Shown here one piece after another: positions 31,051 to 41,637 of a stretch of DNA of 64,000 bases (position 1 is the first letter of the stretch; the number at the start of each line of letters is the position of its first letter). Under the pieces are notes generated by a model, which saw only the letters and a program-made list of their open reading frames with translations, searched no databases and was not told the origin of the DNA. The stretch is from the NCBI GenBank assembly GCA_040766985.1, contig JAXGPL010000011.1:24095-88094 (forward strand), read 5' to 3'. Both the position numbers and the translations under genes were made by a program. Source of the stretch: Bacillota bacterium (GTDB lineage Bacteria; Bacillota; Sulfobacillia; JAUYEG01).

Positions 31051-32082
31051 GTGTTGTTCTACCAGCAGCCGGTTCTGTTTCTCGTGCTCCTGGGCCTTGG
31101 GTTCATCGTCCTGACGGTCATCCTCAGCTTCATACCGGTCGGACTGTGGATATCGGCCAGGGCGGCAGGGGTGCGCGTCGCGTTCGGTACGCTGATCGGT
31201 ATGCGGCTCCGTCGCGTGCCGCCGGGGATTATGATCGGCGCCCTGATCAAGGCGACCAAGGCGGGCATCGAGGTCAACATCAACAAGCTCGAGGCCCACT
31301 TCCTTGCCGGCGGCAACGTTGACAGGGTAGTCAACGCGCTCATCGCTGCCCAGCGTGCGGCCATTCCGCTGGAGTTCGAGCGGGCGGCTGCGATCGACCT
31401 CGCCGGACGCGAAGTGCTGCAGGCAGTACAGATGAGCGTCAACCCCAAGGTCATCGAAACGCCTGTCATCGCCGCCGTGGCGAAGGACGGCATCGAGCTT
31501 AAGGCCAAGGCCCGCGTGACCGTGCGCGCCAACATCGAGCGTCTGGTCGGCGGCGCAGGCGAGGAGACCATCATCGCCCGTGTCGGCGAGGGCATCGTCA
31601 CAACGATCGGTTCGTCGAGCACCCACAAGGAAGTCCTTGAAAACCCCGACTCGATTTCCCGCACGGTCCTCTCTAAGGGCCTTGATGCGGGTACGGCGTT
31701 TGAGATCCTGTCGATCGACATCGCCGACGTCGACGTCGGCAAGAACATCGGGGCCCAACTCGAGACCGACCGGGCCGAGGCCGACAAGCGGATCGCCCAG
31801 GCCAAAGCCGAGGAGCGGCGGGCCATGGCGATCGCACGCGAGACGGAGATGCGCGCTACGGTCCAAGAGATGCGGGCCAAGGTCGTAGAGGCCGAAGCCG
31901 AGGTACCCAAGGCCATGGCCGACGCCCTGCGTGAGGGCAAGCTCGGTGTATTTGACTACTACAACATGCAGAACATCCTTGCGGACACAGCGATGCGCGA
32001 GGGCATTTCCCGCGGCGCGGGCGGCGCCGGCACAAGCCAGTCCACCACGGCGTCACAGCAGCCCGGTCCGGAGCGCAAGTGA
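31051..32082 (+). CDS. floA: flotillin-like protein FloA (YqfA)
   Basis: [45 protein letters not shown]. Confidence 0.93.
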   Translation: MLFYQQPVLFLVLLGLGFIVLTVILSFIPVGLWISARAAGVRVAFGTLIGMRLRRVPPGIMIGALIKATKAGIEVNINKLEAHFLAGGNVDRVVNALIAAQRAAIPLEFERAAAIDLAGREVLQAVQMSVNPKVIETPVIAAVAKDGIELKAKARVTVRANIERLVGGAGEETIIARVGEGIVTTIGSSSTHKEVLENPDSISRTVLSKGLDAGTAFEILSIDIADVDVGKNIGAQLETDRAEADKRIAQAKAEERRAMAIARETEMRATVQEMRAKVVEAEAEVPKAMADALREGKLGVFDYYNMQNILADTAMREGISRGAGGAGTSQSTTASQQPGPERK

Positions 32083-32104
32083 CCTCCGCAGGAGGTGAAG
32101 ACCA

Positions 32105-32728
32105 GTGCAATACGCGGCGCTGATCGTCTTCATCGTCATCGCCATCATTGAGAACCTGGGCAAGGCCCAGCGGCGGGCGACTCAGGCGCGCGAACGCGAA
32201 GAGCGCGCACGCCGGGCGGGCGGCGGAGGTGTCCCGCAGCCAACCCCCGCGCCGCAACTGAGCAGTGCGCGCACGGCAAGGCCTGCGGGCCGGACGCGCC
32301 AGGCGGCGCGACGCGCTCCTGTCACCTGGCGCGAACCCGGGCCGACGTGGCCTTCCAGGAGGGATGCCGGCGGGATCTCGAGCAGGACCCCGGTGACGGT
32401 GCCAGTGTTCCCGGAGGCCATCGACACCGCGCTCGAAGAGCAGTACACGGGAAGCATGGGCCACATCTCCGGCGAAGGGATTAGTGCTGAGTGGGACATC
32501 CCTGCGGACCATCCGGAGTGGGAGCTGGGCGATGCGGACCCGTTCCTGCCCGTTCGGGTGCCGGCCTTGATCGCCGGCCCTGCAGCCGACGGCGTGCGCA
32601 TGCTCACAGGGCAAAGCGAGGGCGGTTCGGGGGCCGCGACCGCGATCGTTTTGTCGGAGGTGCTCGGAGGGCCGCGTGCGTACCGGCCATGGCGTGGCCG
32701 CACGGGGCGCCGCCACCCGATGACATAA
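32105..32728 (+). CDS. hypothetical membrane-anchored protein (yqfB position)
   Basis: GGAGGTGA RBS, N-terminal TM, C-terminal AIVLSEVLGGP motif. Confidence 0.65.
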   Translation: MQYAALIVFIVIAIIENLGKAQRRATQAREREERARRAGGGGVPQPTPAPQLSSARTARPAGRTRQAARRAPVTWREPGPTWPSRRDAGGISSRTPVTVPVFPEAIDTALEEQYTGSMGHISGEGISAEWDIPADHPEWELGDADPFLPVRVPALIAGPAADGVRMLTGQSEGGSGAATAIVLSEVLGGPRAYRPWRGRTGRRHPMT

Positions 32729-32741
32729 CCTCACCTTGGGG

Positions 32742-32771
32742 GCATGATTGACGCCCGGCCCACCATAGATT
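32742..32771 (+). promoter_or_regulatory. sigmaE-type promoter of yqfC-yqfD
   Basis: GCATGAT-N15-CATAGATT; yqfCD is sigmaE-controlled in B. subtilis. Confidence 0.55.
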
Positions 32772-32831
32772 CTAGAGGCGGGCCGGGCCTTGCTCTTCCG
32801 GTTGCCCGTGCTGTGCGGAGGGGTGGGGACG

Positions 32832-33170
32832 TTGCCGAGGGAACGGGGCATGCGGCCGGTTGGCCACCGGATCAGCGATATGCTCGAACTGCCCAAAGAG
32901 GTGTTCTTCGACCTGTCGCGGGTGGTGATCATCGGCAACCTGCAGGTCAGCGTCGAGAACCATCACGGCCTTGTCGCCTATGACGGCACCAGTCTGACAC
33001 TCAACCTGCGGACCGGACAGATGGCCATCGAAGGCGAGAACCTGGTGCTGGGTCTCGTCGGCGCCAACGAGATCACTGTCACGGGCCGGATCAAGGCCGT
33101 CCGTTTCCCTCCACCCGAGGAGCGAAACCCGGCATTGCCGGCGGGCGGCGCTCCCGCCGGCCACAGTTAA
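32832..33170 (+). CDS. yqfC: sporulation protein YqfC (YabP/YqfC family)
   Basis: LELP.EV..DL, VENH.GL..Y, I.G.NL motifs; synteny. Confidence 0.85.
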   Translation: MPRERGMRPVGHRISDMLELPKEVFFDLSRVVIIGNLQVSVENHHGLVAYDGTSLTLNLRTGQMAIEGENLVLGLVGANEITVTGRIKAVRFPPPEERNPALPAGGAPAGHS

Positions 33171-33174
33171 GCGC

Positions 33175-34392
33175 ATGGCGATGCCGCGTCTTTCCCGGAC
33201 CGTCCGTGGTTACCTCCGGCTGTCGCTGCGCGGCAGGGCCGTGATGGCTTTCATCCAGGCGGTGGCCGAACAGGGCATCGACCTCTGGAACCTGAGGGAG
33301 GTCGGCGGGGGATACGAGGTTTGCGTTCTGGCGAGCGACTTCCGTCATCTGAGGGGTCCGGCCTGGGAAACGCGGACCAGAGTGCGCATCCTGCGTAGGC
33401 AGGGTTGGCCGTTCCGGCTGCGGGGCCCCACGAGCAGCGCCCTGGTCTACGGGCTGATCAGCTTCATCGGCGTGCTTTACATTCTAGGCTCGTTTGTGTG
33501 GCGCATCGAGATCAGCGGCCTTGAGCTCATGTCCGCCGGGGAGCTATTGGAGGGCCTGGAACGGGCCGGCCTGCGCGTCGGGGTGCCCAAGCGCCTGCTG
33601 GATACCACAGCCGTCGAGGACCGGCTGTTGCTGGCGATGCCTCGTCTCTCGTGGGTTTCCGTTGAACTGCGCGGCACGACTGCCAGGGTCACCGTGCTGG
33701 AGAAAACCACACACGACGAGATCCTCCGGGACATGCTGCCGGCGGATATCGTAGCGGGGAAGGACGGGCGGCTCGTAACGTTGATCGCGCTGGAGGGGAT
33801 CCCAAAGGCGAGAGAGGGCGATTGGGTCGAGGCGGGGCAGGTTCTGATCGCCGGAGACCCTAACGCCTGGGAGTACTTCGGCCGGACGCAGCCGACCGAC
33901 CCATGGCCGCCGCCCAACCTCCGCGCGCGAGGCATCGCGGAGGCAAGCGTCGTGTACGACCTGCAAATCGAAATGCCCTACGTGCTCGAATCGAAGCGGC
34001 GCACGGGCGCAACATGGCGTAGGACTGTGCTCAGAATCGGCGTGCGCCAGGCCATCCTGACGGGGACCGGTGACATGCCGTACGAGCACCATGAACTGGA
34101 ACGCCACACGCTGACCTGGCGGGGAGGCCAGGGCGAAATCCTTGCAGAACTGTCGTCTCTAACCTATTATGAGGTCGAACGTACCCGCGAGGATCTGGGC
34201 CTCTCGGGGGCTCGTGCCGAGGCGGAGGCGTGCCTGCGGCGGGATTTTGGACAGATGATTCCCCCGGGAGCCGTTATCGTCTCGGAGCAAGTTACGGCAG
34301 AGCAGTTGCCGCACGCGGTGGCCGTGCGTCTCATGGTCGAGGTGATCGAGGACATCGGGCAGGTGCGCACAAGGAGTTCCTCGGCCCCCTGA
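33175..34392 (+). CDS. yqfD: sporulation protein YqfD
   Basis: TM, W.IEISG, DIVAGKDG, GQVLI.G; between yqfC and phoH. Confidence 0.85.
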   Translation: MAMPRLSRTVRGYLRLSLRGRAVMAFIQAVAEQGIDLWNLREVGGGYEVCVLASDFRHLRGPAWETRTRVRILRRQGWPFRLRGPTSSALVYGLISFIGVLYILGSFVWRIEISGLELMSAGELLEGLERAGLRVGVPKRLLDTTAVEDRLLLAMPRLSWVSVELRGTTARVTVLEKTTHDEILRDMLPADIVAGKDGRLVTLIALEGIPKAREGDWVEAGQVLIAGDPNAWEYFGRTQPTDPWPPPNLRARGIAEASVVYDLQIEMPYVLESKRRTGATWRRTVLRIGVRQAILTGTGDMPYEHHELERHTLTWRGGQGEILAELSSLTYYEVERTREDLGLSGARAEAEACLRRDFGQMIPPGAVIVSEQVTAEQLPHAVAVRLMVEVIEDIGQVRTRSSSAP

Positions 34393-34470
34393 GATGCAGC
34401 CGGCAGCGTGCCGGCTGTTTGGTATTTCGGGGGCGTGAGTCCCCGGCCAGCGAGGGGGTCCCAAAGCCTG

Positions 34471-35517
34471 GTGCAGGACGACCGTGAGCTTCACCGGGAA
34501 ATCCATTCGGTTGAGATCAGCAGTGTTGGCGAGGCCCTAAACGTCTTCGGCCGAAACGATCAGAATCTCAAGCTTATTGAGCGCAGTTTCGGCGTCCGGC
34601 TGGTGCCGCGGGGCGACGCCATCAGCATCGAGGGCGCGGACGAGGATATCGCCCGCGCGGGCGATCTGCTCCGGCGGATCATCGACCTGCACCGTGCCGG
34701 GCATTACGTGACGGGGCAGGAGCTGCGCTATGCGATATCGCAGGCCAGGTCGGGCAACGTCGACGTGCTGACAGACCTCTATTCGGACGTCATCATCACC
34801 ACCAGCCGCGGCAAGCAGATCCGCCCCAAGACCATCGGCCAGAAGAACTACGCCCAGGCGATGCGGCGGGATTCCCTGGTTTTTGGAATCGGGCCGGCCG
34901 GCACGGGCAAGACCTATCTGGCGATGGCGATGGCCATCGCGGCGTTTAAGAACAAAGACGTGGCCCGGATCGTGTTGACGCGGCCGGCTGTGGAGGCAGG
35001 CGAGAAGCTCGGGTTTCTACCCGGCGACCTGCAGGACAAGGTCGACCCGTACCTCAGGCCGCTGTACGACGCCCTCTATGACATCATGGGGATCGACGCT
35101 TTCCGACGCAACATGGAGCGCGGCCTGATCGAGGTCGCCCCGCTCGCGTACATGCGCGGGCGAACCCTCGATGATTCGTTCGTCATCCTTGATGAAGCGC
35201 AGATCACGACCCACGAGCAGATGAAGATGTTCCTGACGCGCCTCGGGTTCGGCTCCCGGGCGGTCGTCACCGGCGACGTCACGCAGATCGACCTGCCCAA
35301 AGGCACCGAATCCGGCCTGCTCGAGGCCCGCAGGGTGCTGGCGGACACCGCGGGGATCAGCATCGTCCACCTCACCGACCAAGACGTCGTGCGGCACGAA
35401 CTGGTCCAGCGGATCATCCGCGCCTACGAGAAGTATGAACAGCAGCGCGACGAGCTGATCGGCGCCGCGTCGCCGACGGAAGCCGACCGGGAACGGGAAT
35501 CAAGGGAGGAAAGGTAA
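34471..35517 (+). CDS. phoH: PhoH-family ATPase
   Basis: GPAGTGKT, RPAVEAGEKLGFLPG, YMRGRTL, DVVRH. Confidence 0.93.
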   Translation: MQDDRELHREIHSVEISSVGEALNVFGRNDQNLKLIERSFGVRLVPRGDAISIEGADEDIARAGDLLRRIIDLHRAGHYVTGQELRYAISQARSGNVDVLTDLYSDVIITTSRGKQIRPKTIGQKNYAQAMRRDSLVFGIGPAGTGKTYLAMAMAIAAFKNKDVARIVLTRPAVEAGEKLGFLPGDLQDKVDPYLRPLYDALYDIMGIDAFRRNMERGLIEVAPLAYMRGRTLDDSFVILDEAQITTHEQMKMFLTRLGFGSRAVVTGDVTQIDLPKGTESGLLEARRVLADTAGISIVHLTDQDVVRHELVQRIIRAYEKYEQQRDELIGAASPTEADRERESREER

Positions 35518-37679
35518 TGGCCACGCCGCAGCCGCAGACCGTCAACGGTGCGCCGCGTCCGGGTGCGCCGCCGCCCCGAGAGCCGCGCCGCGGGGCTCTG
35601 GGCCACTTTTCGCGGCTGATCGTCGGTTTTGTGATCCTGGCGATCCTGGCGGCCATCCTCGTGGTCAACAACATGCCCAAGGGGATTGCGCTGGTGGTTG
35701 GCTCGGTGGCGCCGCAGGATTTCCTGGCTCCGCGCACCGCTGCGGACTCCTATGCCACGGAGCAGGCCCGCGAGCGGGCCGCCGCCACGGTCCCGGACTA
35801 TTACCGGTTTGATGCCACACTTGCCGCGAGCGCGGGAGCAAGGATCGACAAGCTCGCCTCGGACATCAACGCGCTCTTGGGGGACAGTTCGCTTTCGGGG
35901 AGCGCGTTGGAGACTGCCATCGCAGCTCACTTCGCCGGCGACACGGCTTTTGACATAGCCGCCGCCATCGTCGATATGGGAGTGCAAGGTTGGAGCCAGG
36001 TGGCGACCCAGGTCCGCGAAGTGGTGGTCAGCCGGATGGGTGTCGAGGTCGACGATCAAGCCGTATCCGAGGCGCGGAAGTCGGCTGCGACGGAGATCAG
36101 GCGCATGGGCCTCTCCGGCCCGCTTACTGACGCGTTGGTCGCCATCTCCACCAAGGAGATCCAGCCGACCGTCGTCCTCGATGTCGAGGAAACCAACCGC
36201 CGCCGGTCGGCCGCCATGGACGCGGTCGAGCCGGTGATGATCCTGCAAGATCAGATCATCGCCCGCCGGGGCGACGTCCTAGATGGCCATCAAATCAGCC
36301 TTATGCAGGACTTCGGTATGCTGCGGGCGCAGCTTGATCCCATGATCATCGCCGGCAGCCTGCTGCTGGCAGTCATCCTGGTGGCCGGCATGAGCGTATA
36401 CCTATACCTCTATGAGCGTGACACCTTTGACAACGCCTCACGCCTGTTGCTGGTGGCGGTAGTCGTCGCGCTGGTTCTGGTCGCGACGCAGTTGTCGCGC
36501 GGCCTCTCGGGCTACCTCGCGCCGGTCGCCGCCGGCACGATGTTGATCGCTTCACTGCTCGCGCCGCGCCTGGCCCTCTTCGTTGGGCCGATGCTATCGA
36601 TCGCCGTGGGGCTGATCCTGGGCGGCGAGGTCAGGTTTCTGGTGGTGGCCCTGGCGGGCGGCCTGATCGGCGTCTTCAGCCTGACCTTGGTCGGCCAACG
36701 CTCGGACCTGACGCGGGCGGGGCTCTTGGTGGGTTTCGGCAATGTCGTTGTGGTGCTCGCCTTTGCGCTGATCCGCGGTGAGCCGTTGTCCACACTCGGC
36801 GCATGGCGGGACATGGGCTTCGCGTTCGTCAACGGCATCATCTCCGCGGTCCTGACAATAGGCACGCTGCCGTTCTTCGAGTCGACGTTCGGCATCCTCA
36901 CGGCGGTGCGGCTGCTCGAACTCGCCAACCCCAACCAACCGCTGTTGCGGCGGCTCCTGGTCGAGGCGCCGGGCACCTACCACCACAGCATCGTCGTCGG
37001 AAACCTGGCCGAAGCCGCTGCCGACGTGGTCGGCGCGAACCCGCTGCTAGCCAGGGTCGGTGCCTACTACCACGACATCGGCAAGGTGGTGCGCCCCTAC
37101 TTCTTCATTGAGAACCAGATCGGCCAGGAAAACCCCCACGACAAGATATCGCCGAGCCTCAGCGCGTTGATCATTACATCGCACGTCAAGGACGGCGTCA
37201 CCCTGGCCGAGGAAGCCCATCTTCCGCCGCGGATCGTCAACTTCATCCGGAGCCACCACGGTCGTACGCTGGTTTCGTTCTTCTACCGGCGGGCGGCTGA
37301 GGACGGCAAAACCGAGCAGCTTGACGAAGAGGATTACCGCTATGACGGGCCGCTGCCGCAGACGCCCGAAGAAGCCATCGTTATGCTGGCCGACGCCGTC
37401 GAGGCTGCGGTACGCGCCATGCCGGAGCCGACGCCGCCCCGGATCGAGGCCCTCGTCAAGCAGCTGATCCGCGAGCGTCTGGTCGACGGGCAATTGGCCA
37501 AGTGCGACCTGACTCTGCGCGACCTGGACCGCATCGGCGAAACCTTTCTCCGGGTCCTGATGGGCATCTTCCATGCCCGCATTGAATACCCGCAGAACAA
37601 GGATGATCTGATCCGCCAGATCCACGAGAGCGGCATCGATGAGGATTCCCCAAAGCCGCCCGAACCCGAGGTGGAGTAG
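35517..37679 (+). CDS. pgpH: 7TM-HDIG phosphohydrolase (c-di-AMP phosphodiesterase PgpH-like)
   Basis: extracellular domain, 7 TM, APGTYHHS, YYHDIGK, HHG, MLAD. Confidence 0.88.
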   Translation: MATPQPQTVNGAPRPGAPPPREPRRGALGHFSRLIVGFVILAILAAILVVNNMPKGIALVVGSVAPQDFLAPRTAADSYATEQARERAAATVPDYYRFDATLAASAGARIDKLASDINALLGDSSLSGSALETAIAAHFAGDTAFDIAAAIVDMGVQGWSQVATQVREVVVSRMGVEVDDQAVSEARKSAATEIRRMGLSGPLTDALVAISTKEIQPTVVLDVEETNRRRSAAMDAVEPVMILQDQIIARRGDVLDGHQISLMQDFGMLRAQLDPMIIAGSLLLAVILVAGMSVYLYLYERDTFDNASRLLLVAVVVALVLVATQLSRGLSGYLAPVAAGTMLIASLLAPRLALFVGPMLSIAVGLILGGEVRFLVVALAGGLIGVFSLTLVGQRSDLTRAGLLVGFGNVVVVLAFALIRGEPLSTLGAWRDMGFAFVNGIISAVLTIGTLPFFESTFGILTAVRLLELANPNQPLLRRLLVEAPGTYHHSIVVGNLAEAAADVVGANPLLARVGAYYHDIGKVVRPYFFIENQIGQENPHDKISPSLSALIITSHVKDGVTLAEEAHLPPRIVNFIRSHHGRTLVSFFYRRAAEDGKTEQLDEEDYRYDGPLPQTPEEAIVMLADAVEAAVRAMPEPTPPRIEALVKQLIRERLVDGQLAKCDLTLRDLDRIGETFLRVLMGIFHARIEYPQNKDDLIRQIHESGIDEDSPKPPEPEVE

Positions 37680-38176
37680 TGGCGGCGTTGCTGATGATCA
37701 CCAACGAGACGGGCACGGCCATCGACGGGAAGACCGAGGCCTTGCTGGAAGCCGTTGCGCGCGCCGCAGTCACCGCCGGCGGCGGCGGCCGCCCCGAGCG
37801 ATGGCGTGTCGATCTGACGCTGGTTTGCGATGAACGGTTGCGCGAACTAAGTCGCGAGTACCTTGGTGCGGATCACTACACCGACGTAATGTCCTTTTCG
37901 CAGTTGGAGGACGGCAAGGCGGATGCCGAGCCGCCCGTCCGCGGCGGGCCGAGGGTCCGGCTGTTGGGGGATGTCGTGGTTTCAGTGGATCGTGCCGCCG
38001 AACAGGCGGCCGCACACGGTCACGGGCTGCCGGCGGAGCTTGCCCTGCTGGTGGTGCATGGGGTGCTTCACTTGCTGGGTCACGGCGACGAGACCCCGGA
38101 TGATGCCGCCGAAATGCGCCGTCTGGAGAACACTGCCATGGCTGCGGCCGGCGTCGCCGTCCGAGGGCCCGGCTAG
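37679..38176 (+). CDS. ybeY: rRNA maturation endoribonuclease YbeY
   Basis: TDVMSF, LGDVVVS, HGVLHLLGH. Confidence 0.9.
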   Translation: MAALLMITNETGTAIDGKTEALLEAVARAAVTAGGGGRPERWRVDLTLVCDERLRELSREYLGADHYTDVMSFSQLEDGKADAEPPVRGGPRVRLLGDVVVSVDRAAEQAAAHGHGLPAELALLVVHGVLHLLGHGDETPDDAAEMRRLENTAMAAAGVAVRGPG

Positions 38177-38218
38177 CCGCCCGGCCCAGACCGGACTTCG
38201 CCGAATAGGGGATCGAGA

Positions 38219-38932
38219 GTGCTCAAACGTCTTCGCAACTACCTCATCACCGGCGCCGTCGTCCTTGTTCCGGTGGTCCTGACTTGGTACGTGCTGCTTT
38301 CTCTGTTCCGTTTCCTCGACGGGATGACAGCGCGGTGGGTCGTGGTCTTTCTGGGCCGGCCCGTGCCGGGCCTCGGGATGCTGGTGACGATCGGAATCGT
38401 CCTGATCACCGGTATCCTGACGCGCAGCTTCCTCGGCCGCGAGTTGATCCTGCTCGGCCAATCGATCCTGCAGGGTACCCCCATCGTTCGGAGCGTGTAC
38501 AACACAATCCGGCAAATCGTCGACGCCTTCGCGGTCACGGACCAGACTGCGTTCAAGCGGGTCTGCCTGATCGAATACCCCCGCAAAGGGGCCTACTCGA
38601 TCGCCTTCGTCACATCGACCTCCGGGCCCGCGCCGGCGGCGCCCGGCGCCGAGGACGCTCAGGACCTGGTGTCCGTGTTCCTGCCGACCACACCTAATCC
38701 AACCTCGGGTTTTCTGCTCTACCTGCCGCGTACCGACATTACGCCCCTCGACATGTCCGTAGAAGAGGGTCTTAAGCTGGTTATTTCGGGTGGCGTGATC
38801 ACGCCTGCGGCCGGCGCACATGCAGGGGTGCAGGCGGCCATGCGCGGGAGGGCGGAAGCGCGGGGGGAGACGCCGCGGGAGACCGCCGCGGCACAGCGCC
38901 GGACGCGCAACCAGCCGCGCAGGCGCCGCTAG
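38219..38932 (+). CDS. DUF502-family membrane protein
   Basis: P.VRSVY, EYPRKG, VFLPTTPNPTSGF. Confidence 0.85.
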   Translation: MLKRLRNYLITGAVVLVPVVLTWYVLLSLFRFLDGMTARWVVVFLGRPVPGLGMLVTIGIVLITGILTRSFLGRELILLGQSILQGTPIVRSVYNTIRQIVDAFAVTDQTAFKRVCLIEYPRKGAYSIAFVTSTSGPAPAAPGAEDAQDLVSVFLPTTPNPTSGFLLYLPRTDITPLDMSVEEGLKLVISGGVITPAAGAHAGVQAAMRGRAEARGETPRETAAAQRRTRNQPRRRR

Positions 38933-38981
38933 AGCCCGGCGTTCCCCGCCGGTCGAAACTCCCTGCTGCAATTACCGCAGG

Positions 38982-39010
38982 GCAGGACCATCCGCCCTTG
39001 TGCTGAATAG
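38982..39010 (+). promoter_or_regulatory. sigmaH-type promoter upstream of the DUF3048 gene
   Basis: GCAGGA-N17-GAATAG. Confidence 0.45.
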
Positions 39011-39032
39011 CAGGTCCTGGAGGGATTGCCAT

Positions 39033-40211
39033 TTGTCCTGGTCACTGCTGCGCGCGTTGAAGTTGCCGTCGGCAAGGTTGCCGTCGGCAAGGTTGCGGTC
39101 ATCAAGGTTGAGGTCAGCGGGGTTGATGCCGGCGAGGCGGCTTTTGCTGCTGCTCATCGCGGCCTGCTTGCTGCCGTTGGCGGGCGGCTGTGACGAGCCG
39201 GTTTCCGAGAACGATCCGCCGCCCCCCCCGCCGCCCGTCAACTGCCCGTTTTGCGGCGAAGAGCTTCCGGCCGGCACGGACCTCAGGCACCGCCCCCTGA
39301 TGGTCATGATCGACAACCATCCCGCGGCGCGCCCGCAGACGGGGCTCACGCATGCCTGTATGGTGTTCGAAGTGCTTGCCGAGGGTGGAATCACGCGGAT
39401 CGTGCCGGTTTTCGTTCACGGCCTGCCGGAACGGGTGGGGCCGGTGCGTAGCGCGAGGCACTACTTCCTGGACCTTGCCGTCGGGCTGGATGCCTTGTAT
39501 ACGCACGCCGGCCAGAGCCCTCAGGCGATCGTCGACCTTGTCAAGCTGCGCGTGGCGGACCTCAACGAGTTTGAGTTGGAGCAGGCATTCTGGCGGGATT
39601 CGGTGCGGAAGTCGCCACACAACCTCTACACCTCGATCCCCCTGCTGCGCAGCGCGGCGGCGAGCAGGAAGGGCTACCGGGTGACGCGCGAGGAGACCGG
39701 GAGCCGTTGGCCGTACCGATGCGGTGTGGCAGGCGAGCAGTGGGAGGGCGAGGCGGGGACAGGTTTCGAGGTAACGTGGCCATATAGCTCCGGGCGCAAC
39801 GTGGTGAGCTTTGAGTGGCACGCCCCGGCTGCTCCGGCCGGCGAAGGGACGGATTCCGGCTCAGGCAGCGACCCCGGCTACTACGAGCGAAGCGTCAACG
39901 GCCAGCCGCATATCGATGAGGAAACCGGCGAACCACTTCGCGCGACGAACGTTATCGTCGCTTACGCGAAGTTCTGGCGCATCGCTGGGGACACTGAAGG
40001 ACGGTTGGACGCCGATTTGACCGGGACGGGCAGGGCCGTTGCGTACAGCAGCGGGCGGGCGCTCGAGGTGACATGGCGCAAGGCCGGCCGGCAGTCGCCT
40101 CTGGTGTTCGTCGACGCCGCGGGCGAGTTGCTTTGGCTCCCGGCCGGCCAGACCTGGATCCTGATCGTGCCCAGAGAAACGCAAGTCAAGGAGCTTGAGC
40201 CGGCCGGCTAA
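39033..40211 (+). CDS. DUF3048 (YerB-like) lipoprotein
   Basis: GGAGG-TTG start; LAGG-C lipobox-like, VMIDNHPAARPQTGL, EGGITR, GPVRSAR, PHNLY. Confidence 0.82.
   Translation: MSWSLLRALKLPSARLPSARLRSSRLRSAGLMPARRLLLLLIAACLLPLAGGCDEPVSENDPPPPPPPVNCPFCGEELPAGTDLRHRPLMVMIDNHPAARPQTGLTHACMVFEVLAEGGITRIVPVFVHGLPERVGPVRSARHYFLDLAVGLDALYTHAGQSPQAIVDLVKLRVADLNEFELEQAFWRDSVRKSPHNLYTSIPLLRSAAASRKGYRVTREETGSRWPYRCGVAGEQWEGEAGTGFEVTWPYSSGRNVVSFEWHAPAAPAGEGTDSGSGSDPGYYERSVNGQPHIDEETGEPLRATNVIVAYAKFWRIAGDTEGRLDADLTGTGRAVAYSSGRALEVTWRKAGRQSPLVFVDAAGELLWLPAGQTWILIVPRETQVKELEPAG
39060..39134 (+). repeat. 5 x 15-bp degenerate tandem repeat in the signal-peptide N-region
   Basis: aagttgccgtcggca/aggttgccgtcggca/aggttgcggtcatca/aggttgaggtcagcg/gggttgatgccggcg. 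Confidence 0.8.
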
Positions 40212-40234
40212 CGCCGCGCGAAGGGCGGAGGAAG

Positions 40235-40651
40235 ATGGAGGAGTTGGCGGATCCCAGAGGGCTCGTTCAGAGCGCAACGCATGCCCGGGGGCTGGCGTAC
40301 TGTCCTTATTCGGGATTTGCCGTCGGCGCCGCGGTGTTGACGGGGCAAGGGCGGGTGTTCACCGGCTGCAACATCGAGAACGCCGCCTACTCCAACACAG
40401 TCTGCGCGGAGCGGGTCGCGCTGTACAAAGCCGTGAGCGAGGGGTGCACCGATATCGTGGCAGTCGCCGTTGTTGCCGAGGGGCCGGCCGGGCCGCGGCC
40501 GTGCGGTTCGTGTCTTCAGGTCCTGGCCGAGCTCGCGCCCCGGGCGGAAATCTTCCTCGCCACTCCGGACGGCTGCTTGGAACGCACGACCCTGCCGGAG
40601 TTGTTGCCGCAGCCGTTCAGATATCGGGCCCGGAACGAGGGCCCGCGATGA
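40235..40651 (+). CDS. cdd: cytidine deaminase
   Basis: PYSGFAVGAA, GCNIEN, CAERVA, PCGSCLQ. Confidence 0.93.
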   Translation: MEELADPRGLVQSATHARGLAYCPYSGFAVGAAVLTGQGRVFTGCNIENAAYSNTVCAERVALYKAVSEGCTDIVAVAVVAEGPAGPRPCGSCLQVLAELAPRAEIFLATPDGCLERTTLPELLPQPFRYRARNEGPR

Positions 40652-41565
40652 GCGGCCAGTCCGCCCCGCCCGGCGGCGCCTCCGGCTTCCGCAGCGGATT
40701 CGCGGTTCTGCTGGGGAGGCCCAACGTCGGTAAGTCCACCCTGACCAACGCCCTCGTCGGCCGCAAGATCGCAATCGTGGCCGATAAGCCCCAGACCACC
40801 CGCAACCGGATCCTCGGCGTCGTGCCGGGGCCAGGATACCAACTGGTCATCGTCGACACCCCGGGTATCCACCGCCCACACCACCTGCTCGGCGAGAGCA
40901 TGGTCGAAACAGCGGTCGACGCGCTCGAGGCAACCGAGGCCATCCTGATGGTCGTGGAGGCCAACGAGCCGCCCGGGCCCGGCGACCGGTACGTCGCGTC
41001 TTACCTCGGCAGGACCAGCACTCCGGCGTTTTGTGTCGTCAACAAGATGGACCTGGTCGGGGCGGAGGGTCTGGCCGGCGCGATGGATGCATATGCGCGG
41101 CTGGCGCGGTTCAGGGCGGTGATCGCGGTTTCCGGGCTGACGGGGGACGGCATTGAGCGGCTGCGTGAGACCGTTGCAGAGGTCCTGCCGCCGGGGCCCA
41201 TGTACTTTCCGGAGGGAACGGTGACCGACCAGCCGGAGCGGTTTGTGGTCGCCGAAACCGTCCGCGAGAAGCTGATCGCCCTGACCGAAGAGGAAGTCCC
41301 ACATTCGATTGCCGTCGAAGTCCAGGAGATGCTTCGGCGGGACAACGGGATGCTGTTCATCCGGTGCCAGATCTACGTCGAGCGGGCGAGCCAGCGCGGC
41401 ATTGTCCTCGGCGCGGGCGGCAGCAAACTCAAGGAAGCAGGCCGCCTGGCCCGGGAAGAACTTGAGCGGCTGTTCTCCGACCGCATTTACCTTGAGCTGT
41501 GGGTCAAGGTCAAACCAGATTGGCGAAACCGGCAAAGAGACTTGCGTGAACTCGGCTATCGGTGA
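40648..41565 (+). CDS. era: GTPase Era
   Basis: GRPNVGKST, PQTTR, DTPG, NKMD, KH domain, LELWVKV. Confidence 0.95.
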   Translation: MSGQSAPPGGASGFRSGFAVLLGRPNVGKSTLTNALVGRKIAIVADKPQTTRNRILGVVPGPGYQLVIVDTPGIHRPHHLLGESMVETAVDALEATEAILMVVEANEPPGPGDRYVASYLGRTSTPAFCVVNKMDLVGAEGLAGAMDAYARLARFRAVIAVSGLTGDGIERLRETVAEVLPPGPMYFPEGTVTDQPERFVVAETVREKLIALTEEEVPHSIAVEVQEMLRRDNGMLFIRCQIYVERASQRGIVLGAGGSKLKEAGRLAREELERLFSDRIYLELWVKVKPDWRNRQRDLRELGYR

Positions 41566-41584
41566 AACAACCCGCCTCTTCGAG

Positions 41585-41593
41585 TGGTATAAT
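41585..41593 (+). promoter_or_regulatory. extended -10 sigmaA promoter of the mgtE leader
   Basis: TGgTATAAT. Confidence 0.6.
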
Positions 41594-41637
41594 GGCTCGG
41601 ACTGAAATCCACCCCTTCTTTTCCGGGAGGTGAGACA

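Noticed and set aside
35185-35210. PhoH DEAQI instead of conserved DEAQN
   Set aside because: A single-base difference in an error-prone sequence; cannot be interpreted
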